Shown here: positions 9,808 through 19,329 of the stretch, in pieces
How the letters are laid out: each line of letters starts with the position of its first letter
Position numbering within the stretch: position 1 is the stretch's first letter
Virus record (IMG/VR): IMGVR_UViG_3300042860_001920
DNA: 64,000 nucleotides
Strand: one strand, 5' to 3'
Origin: a virus
Lineage: Duplodnaviria; Heunggongvirae; Uroviricota; Caudoviricetes
Translations under genes and position numbers: made by a program
The notes under the pieces: model-generated
The model's database searches: none
What the model saw: only the letters and a program-made list of their open reading frames with translations
What the model was told of the DNA's origin: nothing

Positions 9808-10299
9808 TCATATTTTTAACTCCCAAGGAAAATTTATCCACGTACCCTTCTTAACAGTCCTACAAAAGAAATCAGGCGTACCATCAGCCTCTTGTTTATG
9901 ATATAACGTTGCGGTAGCAATATTATTCTTAACACCATTTTCTTTCAACACTTTAATAATCTCTGTGATCGTCCTACCTGTATCGTAAATATCATCCACA
10001 ATCAATATTTTAGCATTCTTGTCAATATCACGCTTTATCGATTTAGGTATAAACACCTTAACAGAATCGTGCTTTTTGTCAACACCTAAATAGCCTTTTG
10101 TTTGAATTATGTAGAATAAAGCATCTGGATAATATTGTCCGAGCAAACCAGCAGGAATTAAACCACCTTTAGCAACAGGCATAATAACCTGTGGGGTGTA
10201 TTCCGCTTTCTTCAACATTTCTACCATCTCTAAAATGGTGGTATGAATGTGTTTGTAGGTGAGATGTTTAATAGTACTCATAAAATTTGTAAAGTACAT
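9808..10299 (-). CDS. Type I phosphoribosyltransferase
   Basis: PRPP-binding motif ILIVDDIYDTGRTI. Confidence 0.75.
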   Translation of the reverse strand: MYFTNFMSTIKHLTYKHIHTTILEMVEMLKKAEYTPQVIMPVAKGGLIPAGLLGQYYPDALFYIIQTKGYLGVDKKHDSVKVFIPKSIKRDIDKNAKILIVDDIYDTGRTITEIIKVLKENGVKNNIATATLYHKQEADGTPDFFCRTVKKGTWINFPWELKI

Positions 10300-10763
10300 T
10301 CTACAGTTTCTTGTAGGGTTTTACAAGGATTTCTTTGTGTATATAACTGATAAATTGTATCAAGATACTTCGTGTGAATAGCACCATCCGGTCTTCCGTA
10401 TATTACACTATTATTTTTAATATTCATACCAAATTCGACATTAGTTGTCAATCCGGGTAAAGTTTCCATATTTCTAGGAATCCAAAACATAATAACATTA
10501 CAATAATCTAAGCCATTAAGTTCCCAAGTAATTTGATCGTCATAATTAAATTTAACAGCCCAATCTGCACGTTCTGGTACATACACTATACCATCGAATC
10601 CAAAAGATTCTAGTATTTCTAAAGCTTCTGGTCGCCATCCTTTTACGTCATTACTTCGTGGAGTTGGCCCTGCTAGGAAAATAGCCTTCATATAGGGGTC
10701 AATTTTACCACGACCTTGTGCAGGTTTATTATCTGGTGTAAATATTTTCATTATAAATCCCAA
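10278..10763 (-). CDS. Nucleoside 2-deoxyribosyltransferase-like protein (paralogue A)
   Basis: IFLAGPTPR ... IMFWIPR ... GLTTNVEFG ... YGRPD; paralogous to 26577-27065. Confidence 0.45.
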   Translation of the reverse strand: MGFIMKIFTPDNKPAQGRGKIDPYMKAIFLAGPTPRSNDVKGWRPEALEILESFGFDGIVYVPERADWAVKFNYDDQITWELNGLDYCNVIMFWIPRNMETLPGLTTNVEFGMNIKNNSVIYGRPDGAIHTKYLDTIYQLYTQRNPCKTLQETVECTLQIL

Positions 10764-11188
10764 GAATTAGGTGTTCGTTGATTAGATTCGTGTATTACCT
10801 TTGGAACATCTTTCTTTTTCTTCGATTTTTTAAGATGATCTGGTATAATAGTAGTAATGACACCTTCTTTAATAGGTTCGGTTAAAACTTCAAGAGGGTA
10901 GGGATCACTTGCAGAAGGTGTAGACTTTTCTTTATCTTCGTGTAAAAGTTGCAATTCTCGTTTATAATCAATTCCTATGCCAAAATTTTCCATTAATAGT
11001 GCTTCGCTAAATTTATTAGTGATTAAAACGGTCTGATAGTACGTAGGTGGAAATCCTTGATATATTTCTGCTACCATACCCCCTAATAAAGTTACTTCTT
11101 TGCCAATTTCCTGAATAGCTTGATTTACAAGCCTTTGTACCTCATCTACGGATAATCCTGCTAAAATTTTGTATTCTGGTGTGTTCAT
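10751..11188 (-). CDS. Hypothetical protein
   Basis: 145-aa ORF. Confidence 0.45.
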   Translation of the reverse strand: MNTPEYKILAGLSVDEVQRLVNQAIQEIGKEVTLLGGMVAEIYQGFPPTYYQTVLITNKFSEALLMENFGIGIDYKRELQLLHEDKEKSTPSASDPYPLEVLTEPIKEGVITTIIPDHLKKSKKKKDVPKVIHESNQRTPNSWDL

Positions 11189-11266
11189 ATGTAATAATTT
11201 ACCATATTTTCATAAAATTGCAATCAAATTCGATAAATACTTATAAGAAAACAGGAGAATAATTTT

Positions 11267-12058
11267 ATGGCAATACAAATAACAACAATGGAAGTGATTT
11301 CTGGACAATCTTTAAACTATGGTGCTAGTGGGACATATGAAGGATTAGTACGATTCGGTTTAACAGACAGTCTTAGCGTATCATCAGTAACGGCAGTACG
11401 AATAGACGAAATGACTATGGGGAATGCAGTGTCCTCTAGCCCAACAGCTTATACATTTACTATATCTGGTGCAGCATTGCCACGCACACTAGTTGTAGAT
11501 GGTTCTACAACGGAGTATATTGGTTATACAGTAACAGTTAATAATGACTATTTACATGCAAATACAGATAATCTTATATTATCTTCTTATATGACAGCTT
11601 ATGCAGAAATAAGTGCTGGAACTACCCAAGGTGCAGAAACTTCATCTTATAGAGGTAATTTTATGACATCTAATCCGGGTGTTCTTGTTGTTTTAGGTGA
11701 TTCAGCAGCCCCCGATCCTGTTACAGGATTAACCGCTACAGCAGGTGATAAACAAGTGGCTTTAACTTGGACAAATCCCGCCGCTGATTGGGTTACAGTA
11801 ACAGTTGAACAAAGCATTGTGGCTCCTGTGACAGCCGTTGGTATGGGTACAGCCGTTTATACAGCAACTTCACTTTCTATGAGTGCAGTTGATCTTACAG
11901 TTGCGGCTTATTCTGATGAAACTTATTACTATGGTGTATATGCTACCGATGATGTTGGTAAGACTTCTTTGGTTGTTGAAGCTAGTGCTCAACCTACGTG
12001 GGGTATTTGGACATCCCAACTTGAACATGGACGTTTATACATTCAAGGCGAATTCTAA
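11267..12058 (+). CDS. FN3/Ig-like domain protein (possible Hoc-like decoration or adhesin)
   Basis: FN3-like PDPVTGLTATAGDKQVALTWTNP; Ser/Thr-rich; AGGAG RBS; higher GC than surroundings. Confidence 0.5.
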   Translation: MAIQITTMEVISGQSLNYGASGTYEGLVRFGLTDSLSVSSVTAVRIDEMTMGNAVSSSPTAYTFTISGAALPRTLVVDGSTTEYIGYTVTVNNDYLHANTDNLILSSYMTAYAEISAGTTQGAETSSYRGNFMTSNPGVLVVLGDSAAPDPVTGLTATAGDKQVALTWTNPAADWVTVTVEQSIVAPVTAVGMGTAVYTATSLSMSAVDLTVAAYSDETYYYGVYATDDVGKTSLVVEASAQPTWGIWTSQLEHGRLYIQGEF

Positions 12059-12075
12059 GAAACCTTGATAGATAT

Positions 12076-12107
12076 TAGAAAAGAGTCAGGATTAACGTTC
12101 TGACTCT
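12076..12107. terminator. Bidirectional rho-independent terminator hairpin
   Basis: aagagtcag-gattaacgtt-ctgactctt followed by a T-run, with an A/T run on the other side. Confidence 0.6.
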
Positions 12108-12262
12108 TTTTCTTTCTTTGTTAAGAACGATTTATTGGATGATAATACAGGTAGAATTTTAGCTTTTCATTGGGGTAATTTACAACCTCTATTTATAGAC
12201 GAAAATTTATTAAAGGGTGATTCGATACCCCAAAACACCAACTTTAAATACTAAATACTTTT

Positions 12263-12694
12263 ATGCGTATATTAAATCCATATACAAAATTAGAATTGAT
12301 CCAGGAAATGCCTTGGATTGCAGATACAACTTGTCCACATTGTGGCATAACCTTTGATGCTGATGCACGAGTAGAAACTTGGCCTTATAATACACCTGAT
12401 CTTAAAAAAATCATCAGAATGTATATGAAAACCTTTCTCTATGGCTTAGACTGTCCCGAATGTACCAAACCAATGATTCATGACGCTAAGAAGCATAAAA
12501 GCTATAAGTACGACCCATTAACTTTGAAGAAAATCCCACCAGTTGTACAAAAATTCTTAAAGGACACTAAACCACATTTATCCAGTACTGTCAAGGATCA
12601 ATACGATAAAAATTTTAACATGAAAGAAATTTATAACTTGAAGGAGAAAATGACCTTCAAAGAATTCTGTAAAGTATACGATAGTTTGCATTAA
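12263..12694 (+). CDS. Hypothetical protein
   Basis: 143-aa ORF with CPHCG...CPEC. Confidence 0.45.
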   Translation: MRILNPYTKLELIQEMPWIADTTCPHCGITFDADARVETWPYNTPDLKKIIRMYMKTFLYGLDCPECTKPMIHDAKKHKSYKYDPLTLKKIPPVVQKFLKDTKPHLSSTVKDQYDKNFNMKEIYNLKEKMTFKEFCKVYDSLH

Positions 12695-12712
12695 CCCTTA
12701 TAAAGGGCTATT

Positions 12713-13039
12713 ATGAAAGCTAAGTCACGAGAGGATAAAGAGAAACAGGCTAAGACCCTCATTAAGGCTATCACAATGGCTTTAAAACAACCAAAAGATG
12801 ATATGCCTGACTTCGTATTCAAGAAGCATTTAAAAGGCATTACAGGCTTTTATGACGAGGAAACGATCACACTAGCAGCATTCTATGATGTAATCCCTAC
12901 ACTCTTACACGAGATGGTGCATTATTTACATAAGGATTGGACTGAAACTAAGGTAATTAAGTCAGAAAAGGTTATTAAGCATTACATTACTATGGAAGAA
13001 GTTATAACTATTTTGAAACTTTTTGTGAAGCAGTTATAA
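12713..13039 (+). CDS. Hypothetical protein
   Basis: 108-aa ORF. Confidence 0.45.
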   Translation: MKAKSREDKEKQAKTLIKAITMALKQPKDDMPDFVFKKHLKGITGFYDEETITLAAFYDVIPTLLHEMVHYLHKDWTETKVIKSEKVIKHYITMEEVITILKLFVKQL

Positions 13040-13059
13040 ATAATTGAAAGGTACGGATC

Positions 13060-13500
13060 ATGAATTTGCCATCACCAGAGATTTATTTTATTAGTGAAAA
13101 AGAAGCTTATCTTTTAACTGATTACACTATTGATACAATTATAGGTAAAATTACTATAAAGCGTGGTTTTATTTTTGATGGGGCATCTATCCCTTGGTTT
13201 GCTTGGTCTATTATAGGCGAAACACCTTTTAATGGTAAGATATTACCTGCCGCAATTGTACATGACATCCTTTATCGCACCCATTATGTAGGTGTAATGA
13301 AGGCTAATGATGTTTGGTACGATCTTTGTAAGCGTAATGATATTGCTTGGGGTAAGCGTCAAGTTATGACACAAGTACTCAATGCCTTTGGGTGGGTTGC
13401 TTATAACCGTGTTACACCAAAAGACATTGAGTATTACAAACAATTTTTAGTTGTTAATTATTATCTTAATCTTAGGATGGAAACATCAATTCTACTCTAG
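13060..13500 (+). CDS. DUF1353-like protein
   Basis: FDGASIPWFAW ... AAIVHDILY. Confidence 0.45.
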   Translation: MNLPSPEIYFISEKEAYLLTDYTIDTIIGKITIKRGFIFDGASIPWFAWSIIGETPFNGKILPAAIVHDILYRTHYVGVMKANDVWYDLCKRNDIAWGKRQVMTQVLNAFGWVAYNRVTPKDIEYYKQFLVVNYYLNLRMETSILL

Positions 13501-13990
13501 CCTGTACAATAGCTTCACCTAATAGGTTTCTACCCCATTTCGTATCATTCAAAATATCTGGATTATCTTCACCCATACCAATACCCCAAATTCTATCTGT
13601 AGGAGAAGCTTCGACCAAATGGTAAGGATCAGTCAAGAATAACAATTCTTTCCATCCCTTATTTTGACCAAATTTATCAACATTGATATCTTTGACATAA
13701 TTAAATGCAACCGTTTCCCATGCCATAGGATCAAAATTCTTAACCATACGACCTAAAGCCTTTTGATCTCTAGGATGATCTGTTGCAAGAATGGCATCAT
13801 AGATTTCCTGATCTTTAAAGAATTTTGCCTTATGAAGCATCATCGCTTGTTCAGCACAATTCACTTCAAGGTTTAATGCTGTACAATGGAACTTACATTC
13901 TGCCCATTGTGAGAAGATTCCCCCGTAGAAGAATATTACATCTAATTCAGGATAAACTGTTGCACCTAATAATTCACTTTTGTATTTCAT
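13472..13990 (-). CDS. NADAR/YbiA-like (DUF1768) protein
   Basis: FFYGGIFSQW ... EQAMMLHKAKFF ... LGRMVKNF ... LVEASPTDRIWGIG matches NADAR-domain conservation. Confidence 0.7.
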   Translation of the reverse strand: MKYKSELLGATVYPELDVIFFYGGIFSQWAECKFHCTALNLEVNCAEQAMMLHKAKFFKDQEIYDAILATDHPRDQKALGRMVKNFDPMAWETVAFNYVKDINVDKFGQNKGWKELLFLTDPYHLVEASPTDRIWGIGMGEDNPDILNDTKWGRNLLGEAIVQARVELMFPS

Positions 13991-13992
13991 AA

Positions 13993-14604
13993 TTATATCA
14001 TCCTTGTATCTACACCAATTGATTTATAAATCGGATTCACTTCTTCACTTTTAAAACAACTTTTACCCACGTTTGTAGCACCTGCCACGATATGGAATTC
14101 ACCTGTACTACTACCAAATCCACCTGTACCACGACTCGTATCGCTTAATTCATCGACAACCATTATAGGCATATGGATAGTCTTTCTCAAGACAATTTGA
14201 CCAATCCTATCACCCTTTTTGTAAACAGAATTTGTACCATTTACCATTGGAAACTGGTGAAACCTGAATATCAATTCACCACGATATTCATTATCAATTA
14301 ATCCAATGGAATTTTTCAACATTAAATCCATTTTAGTAATAGATGAACGTGGAAATAATTCACAATGATAACCAATAGGTAATTCTATAGCCAATCCAGT
14401 ACGATACTCTCTGTATATGAAAATTTCTCTTACGTTGGCGACTGGATTATCAGCTATATATTCCCTTCTAATCTCTATTTTTTCTACACCATCATCGATA
14501 GCAAACACATCATAACCTGCGTCTGAATTTGGATGCGCCTGTACTGGACATTTTGCGTCAGGGTGTAAAAGCTTGATTTTCATAACATTTATATCATTAT
14601 CCAT
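13993..14604 (-). CDS. dUTPase/dCTP-deaminase family protein
   Basis: AGYDVFA and GLIDNEYRGEL dUTPase-fold motifs. Confidence 0.65.
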   Translation of the reverse strand: MDNDINVMKIKLLHPDAKCPVQAHPNSDAGYDVFAIDDGVEKIEIRREYIADNPVANVREIFIYREYRTGLAIELPIGYHCELFPRSSITKMDLMLKNSIGLIDNEYRGELIFRFHQFPMVNGTNSVYKKGDRIGQIVLRKTIHMPIMVVDELSDTSRGTGGFGSSTGEFHIVAGATNVGKSCFKSEEVNPIYKSIGVDTRMI

Positions 14605-15133
14605 GTCGAACCTTCATCATTTCTTCTACATCGTTAGCAATCACACTAAAAGAATCTTTACAACTTGGAATCTTAAAGAATGGTACATCATTTGCCATTA
14701 AAAGATCATATACAGTACGATCAATACCCTTCGCTTGTTCCTCTGTCTGTAATCGCCCAGAAGGATTGTAAGCCTTTTTACGTTCCAAGAAATAGTTGAC
14801 ATTATTCTGTCTATGAAACACCTCTAATACAAACTTCTTAAAAGTTTCAGTTTCATGTTTACCATAAACCAATGATAATAGCAAGGGTGAATCTGTAATA
14901 ATCACATCAACCTTTCCCAATAGTCGATGAATAGCGTGTAACTGCTTACCAAAGATATAAATCTGGTTCTCAAGGATGCCTAATGAGCCTTCCCAAACCT
15001 TTTCCTTGGCAAATTCAGGAGCCATTTCACAGTTAATGCCACGCAATTTCAACTCACTGAACACACCTGCCATAGTGGTTGATTTACCAGTTCCCGGACC
15101 TGCAAATAAATTTACTACAATTGTTTTACTCAT
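14597..15133 (-). CDS. P-loop NTPase / small kinase
   Basis: Walker A LFAGPGTGKSTT; 178 aa. Confidence 0.5.
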   Translation of the reverse strand: MSKTIVVNLFAGPGTGKSTTMAGVFSELKLRGINCEMAPEFAKEKVWEGSLGILENQIYIFGKQLHAIHRLLGKVDVIITDSPLLLSLVYGKHETETFKKFVLEVFHRQNNVNYFLERKKAYNPSGRLQTEEQAKGIDRTVYDLLMANDVPFFKIPSCKDSFSVIANDVEEMMKVRHG

Positions 15134-15678
15134 TCATAATCCTTTTCTTGTTCTTTTAATCTAATTAACGCTTCTTCAAATCTTTTTAATGCGTCTTGTG
15201 TGTGCAACAATTCACGTTGTTTGTACTCTATATCAGAAGATATTATGTTGATCGAATTTTTATTATAATTAATTAAGTCTATGGTTTCTTTAACATTCAA
15301 TTTATACGCTTCTGCATCAGTATGTAGTCGTTTAGTACAATCTCCCCTATAATTCATCACTGCCCATCGGACTTTATAGGTGAATCCACATTCTTTATAA
15401 TTAGCTTTATATACCAACTCCAAAAATTCTAGATTTTTTGAAACTTCTAATCTATCTTTTAAATCTACAGATGGTAATTTATATTTGTTACCATAATATT
15501 TGGTTTCATCTCTATGTGATGTAATATCTTGTTCAGTAAAATGAAAGTTTCTCCACGAATCAGAACTATAATTCATCATAGGCAACCATTTATCAACCAA
15601 CTCTTGAGATGCTTCCACTACAATATCAGAAACATCCCAAGATGGATCGATATAATTTTTTACATCAACTTTATTCAT
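15130..15678 (-). CDS. Hypothetical protein
   Basis: 182-aa ORF, translationally coupled to flanking genes. Confidence 0.45.
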   Translation of the reverse strand: MNKVDVKNYIDPSWDVSDIVVEASQELVDKWLPMMNYSSDSWRNFHFTEQDITSHRDETKYYGNKYKLPSVDLKDRLEVSKNLEFLELVYKANYKECGFTYKVRWAVMNYRGDCTKRLHTDAEAYKLNVKETIDLINYNKNSINIISSDIEYKQRELLHTQDALKRFEEALIRLKEQEKDYE

Positions 15679-16019
15679 ATGACTTTACTCAAGAACCAGA
15701 AGATTGTCACATAATGCAACCACTGGTCAAATCCAATCGTTACAAAGAACCAATGACGCTGTTCTTTCACCCACAAGTATGAAGTTATACGTGAGGTGAT
15801 ACCATCAATGATACTATGAGTAACAAAGAGGTATAAGTAGAATCCTATAGCTAATGGAAAAGGTAATCCCACGAGAAAAGCCATAAGACTGTATACACTG
15901 GTATGTGTAAAAAGCCATTTAAACGACTTACTCTTATTAATTGCCATCTTGTCGGTTTGACACATAAAGTCAAATACAAAATGTAGAAATAATACCCAAC
16001 TGATTAGTACAAAACTCAT
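15675..16019 (-). CDS. Polytopic membrane protein (3-4 TM)
   Basis: Hydrophobic segments throughout; lies directly downstream of the five-paralogue array. Confidence 0.5.
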   Translation of the reverse strand: MSFVLISWVLFLHFVFDFMCQTDKMAINKSKSFKWLFTHTSVYSLMAFLVGLPFPLAIGFYLYLFVTHSIIDGITSRITSYLWVKEQRHWFFVTIGFDQWLHYVTIFWFLSKVI

Positions 16020-16020
16020 A

Positions 16021-16353
16021 TTAACCTTTCGTTTTACGTAACTCTGTTAGAATCTCATCTTTAGACATCTTATACTTTTCACGTAAGAATGTCAACTCGT
16101 CACTGTCTGGAAGAACCGAAAGATTACAAATAGGACAACTAGCTCTTGTCACACATTTACCATAATTACGGTCTTCCGTAAATTCAAGATCAAATTTCTT
16201 GACACAATCCTCGTGGAAAATATGCCATTGACCTTCACACTGTATTGCACCCGCTTCTTCAAGCCCATCATAATATGTTTCAGATTCACCACAGACTGAA
16301 CAAATAAATGAAGAACTGCTACTATTACTTACAAAACCGTTTCTAATTTTCAT
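16021..16353 (-). CDS. Tag-family protein 5: MKIRNGFVSNSSSSSF N-terminus, Cys/His-rich zinc-ribbon-like body
   Basis: Shares the invariant 16-aa N-terminus; body contains CSVCGE...CEGQWH...CPIC. Confidence 0.6.
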   Translation of the reverse strand: MKIRNGFVSNSSSSSFICSVCGESETYYDGLEEAGAIQCEGQWHIFHEDCVKKFDLEFTEDRNYGKCVTRASCPICNLSVLPDSDELTFLREKYKMSKDEILTELRKTKG

Positions 16354-16362
16354 ATTTATTCC

Positions 16363-16740
16363 TTAATTATAAGTCTCACCCGAAAAGATTTCTACCTCAT
16401 GGGAATAATCACGATTTAAAATATTATGAATTCTGGTAAGTTCAATAATAAGTTTTTCACCTTTTAATGAAGAATCTGATAAATCTAATCCAATACAAAG
16501 ACTGACACCATCCAAGGACGTTGATACTATATCTAACTTATTCTTTTTAATATAGGCGCATTCTGAAAGCATATCTTGGATATCGCAACTTTCTTCATCA
16601 AAATCTTCACCCTCTTCTTCTTTCATTGCAGCAATTTCTTTTGCTATAAGTGCTTTGTATTCCTTTTCGGTCAACTCGACACCAAAGATACAAAAACTAC
16701 TTGAACTACTATTACTCACAAATCCGTTTCTAATTTTCAT
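16363..16740 (-). CDS. Tag-family protein 4: MKIRNGFVSNSSSSSF N-terminus, acidic body
   Basis: Identical N-terminal 16 aa; divergent 109-aa body. Confidence 0.6.
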   Translation of the reverse strand: MKIRNGFVSNSSSSSFCIFGVELTEKEYKALIAKEIAAMKEEEGEDFDEESCDIQDMLSECAYIKKNKLDIVSTSLDGVSLCIGLDLSDSSLKGEKLIIELTRIHNILNRDYSHEVEIFSGETYN

Positions 16741-16749
16741 AATTTCTCC

Positions 16750-17049
16750 TTAACCGTTATACCAAGACTCTTCGATTGTAGTGGTCTTTTTGGCATCAAG
16801 ACCAAGTTTCGTTACAGCTTCATCAATACCATCCTTGAATGCTTTACCAGTTTCATCATTTCCGATAGAACACCATGAGCGTCCAACACATCGAGTATAC
16901 TCCCCATAATGAACCTCTAATTTTAATCCAAGTTCACCAATCTTCGCTTCAATAGCTTCTGCTTCATCACGATCTTCACCAAGGTACGCACCATAGATGC
17001 AGAACGAACTGCTAGAACTGTTACTTACAAATCCTTGTCTAATTTTCAT
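16750..17049 (-). CDS. Tag-family protein 3: MKIRQGFVSNSSSSSF N-terminus
   Basis: N-terminal motif with one substitution (N to Q); divergent body. Confidence 0.6.
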   Translation of the reverse strand: MKIRQGFVSNSSSSSFCIYGAYLGEDRDEAEAIEAKIGELGLKLEVHYGEYTRCVGRSWCSIGNDETGKAFKDGIDEAVTKLGLDAKKTTTIEESWYNG

Positions 17050-17060
17050 AATTTCCTTTC

Positions 17061-17870
17061 TTAATGCATACTAATACGCTCATGCTCGACATTTCTAAAA
17101 ATATTTCCATGCTCCATCAAGGCTCCAATTGAACCATCATTATCTGAATAAGATGTAGTGAATACAAACTTACCCTTGTACGCCTTCAAAAATGCTTTGG
17201 CATCTACTTTAGCTAACGCATGGCGATATTTATGCTCCAAGTCCCAATCAGACCTATGAATCTTATCTCTCCATTTGATAAAATCTTTGTAAACTTTATC
17301 ATTTTTCTGATAAAAGTCAAGTTCTTTTTCGTATTTCTTATAGGCTTTAATTTGGGTATCAGTATAAGGTACGTCCTTATAATTCTTTCCGTCTTTATAA
17401 GCATATTCAACACGATTCGGTGCATTCTTTTCAACTTCGTTAGCACGTTTCTGAATCATTTTGGAGTTTTTGTCACATTTGATAACGGATTGTTTGTATA
17501 ATTCTAATAACTTCTTATCAGTACCCCAAAAATTATTGGATGCACAGTAAAAGGTTCCACCGTCTTTATCAACGACCTTATTATCCATCATGAGACTATT
17601 AGCGTTGATCCAATAATGATAACGTGCAGAAAATAAGTCAGCAACCTCTTGAACCGTAGCTCTCTTGAATTTAGTATTGACTAAATCCCTATATACGAGT
17701 TCTGAAATTTGATGAGTATCCAATTCACCTAAATACTCTTCTTTGATTATCTCTTTCTTACTATTGAATAACATTTCATAAACTTGTTGACAGTATTCAG
17801 GCTTTTTAGGTAATACTACCACAAAGCTACTAGAACTACTGTTACTCACAAATCCGTTTCTAATTTTCAT
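17061..17870 (-). CDS. Tag-family protein 2: MKIRNGFVSNSSSSSF N-terminus, 269 aa
   Basis: Identical N-terminal 16 aa; Lys/Tyr-rich body. Confidence 0.6.
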   Translation of the reverse strand: MKIRNGFVSNSSSSSFVVVLPKKPEYCQQVYEMLFNSKKEIIKEEYLGELDTHQISELVYRDLVNTKFKRATVQEVADLFSARYHYWINANSLMMDNKVVDKDGGTFYCASNNFWGTDKKLLELYKQSVIKCDKNSKMIQKRANEVEKNAPNRVEYAYKDGKNYKDVPYTDTQIKAYKKYEKELDFYQKNDKVYKDFIKWRDKIHRSDWDLEHKYRHALAKVDAKAFLKAYKGKFVFTTSYSDNDGSIGALMEHGNIFRNVEHERISMH

Positions 17871-17878
17871 AAATCTCC

Positions 17879-18223
17879 TTACAAGTCACTCAAAAATGTG
17901 CTAAAATAATCATCCATACCACTTCTATACGCCTCATCACGGTCATACGGCTCCGAAATGAAATCTGCATCATCCAAATTATCAATACCTAAGATATCAA
18001 TTTGTGATCCATAATAATTATATCCACCACCAAGAAAACTAGGCACATCCTTCATAATCTCAGCTTTAGAGTTTTCAAGTTCTGTAAGCTTTTTATTATA
18101 CTCTTTAAGAGTTTTAACTGAAATGAGTGTTAAACCCATACTTTTAGCACGTTCTACATCACATGCCTGTACGATGAATGAACTACTTGAACTATTACTT
18201 ACAAATCCACTTCGAATTTTCAT
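17879..18223 (-). CDS. Tag-family protein 1: MKIRSGFVSNSSSSSF N-terminus
   Basis: N-terminal motif; AAGGAG RBS; starts 8 nt after the radical SAM stop. Confidence 0.6.
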   Translation of the reverse strand: MKIRSGFVSNSSSSSFIVQACDVERAKSMGLTLISVKTLKEYNKKLTELENSKAEIMKDVPSFLGGGYNYYGSQIDILGIDNLDDADFISEPYDRDEAYRSGMDDYFSTFLSDL

Positions 18224-18231
18224 ACTACTCC

Positions 18232-19329
18232 TTACACATTATACATAGGGCAATTACGACCATTTTTCAAAAGTACGTCCCTAAAAATTTTTGTCTTCTC
18301 ATTATGCCAGATATCCTTGAGGAAATCATCAGCCTTCAACACGCTTAAACCAGTTTCCCAAGACAAGCAACCTTTGCAATGTCCCTCACAGAAGCTACAA
18401 GGATAGAAATCTCCGTTAGCATCAATGTACGAACTGAATAAACTTGACTCACAAGGTTCCGACACCATTTCCATTTCTTTAAAATTAGGATAATCCTTGA
18501 TTACACGTAGAAACTTGTTGCAACCACATGAATCAAACCCAATAGTAATCTTATTATCAAACGCAAAGTCTACAAGCACCTTGAATTTATCATCAGTAAG
18601 GGTGTTATACGCCTCACCACGACCTTTTTGTTTCAAGTTCAAGAGTACGATGGCATTAAGCTTTTCAAGTCGCTTGTCGGTCAATCGGTCTTTAAGAGTT
18701 TCCATAACCATATCATAGGTGTTATCAGACACCAAAATGTGAATATTAATCTGTTCCATACCACGATCCGTTAATTTCTTGACAGAATCATAGCAGAGGT
18801 TTTTATTATCATAACGAGAGACAGCAACAGCCCCACAATATTTCTTCAAATTGTCAGCAGTTTCGTCAGTAATATTAGCTACAGTGATATTAGGCACGAC
18901 ACCCTTCTCACGGCAGTAACCCATCATTTTCCAGATATCAGGATTTGAAGAACACTCTGAATCAGCACCAAAGGCTACTTGAAGCAACCAAGGCATCTTA
19001 TCAAGGATGATCTTGAAATTGGAGAAAGGCATATTGACACCATTCGATGTATTTGACTTGTAACAGAATTTACAAGGGATACGGGGAGTAGGTTTACCCT
19101 CTTTATCAATATGTGGCACACCATAACAAATGGTAGTCACTTCGATATCAAGGATTTCAGGCATCGGTGCGAACTGAGGATCGTCTTCTTTCGTTTTACC
19201 CCAACGAGCGAAGAATCCGTTTGTCTTGTCAAAAACGTAGTTATAATCTTCGCTTTTGCAAATTCGTAGTTTGTCTGTGTTGTATACTTTCATGTGTAAT
19301 AGATTACCCTTTTCGTTATTAAATGTCAA
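18232..19329 (-). CDS. Radical SAM enzyme with C-terminal SPASM/twitch-like Cys cluster
   Basis: N-terminal Cys triad ICYGVPHIDKEGKPTPRIPCKFCYKS (Cx17CxxC); C-terminal GFDSCGCNKF ... EPCESS ... GDFYPCSFCEGHCKGC. Confidence 0.7.
   Translation of the reverse strand: MTFNNEKGNLLHMKVYNTDKLRICKSEDYNYVFDKTNGFFARWGKTKEDDPQFAPMPEILDIEVTTICYGVPHIDKEGKPTPRIPCKFCYKSNTSNGVNMPFSNFKIILDKMPWLLQVAFGADSECSSNPDIWKMMGYCREKGVVPNITVANITDETADNLKKYCGAVAVSRYDNKNLCYDSVKKLTDRGMEQINIHILVSDNTYDMVMETLKDRLTDKRLEKLNAIVLLNLKQKGRGEAYNTLTDDKFKVLVDFAFDNKITIGFDSCGCNKFLRVIKDYPNFKEMEMVSEPCESSLFSSYIDANGDFYPCSFCEGHCKGCLSWETGLSVLKADDFLKDIWHNEKTKIFRDVLLKNGRNCPMYNV

Noticed and set aside
17213-17501. Overlapping ORFs 17213-17446(-) and 17220-17501(+), both Ile/Leu/Phe-rich
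   Set aside because: They sit inside the 269-aa tag-family gene and are AT-rich frame artefacts.
16021-18223. Possibility that the 48-nt identical 5' ends are simply a dispersed DNA repeat or a CRISPR-like array
   Set aside because: The repeats are in-frame starts of real ORFs with RBSs. The copies differ at synonymous positions. Spacing is irregular (300-800 bp). It is not a CRISPR array.
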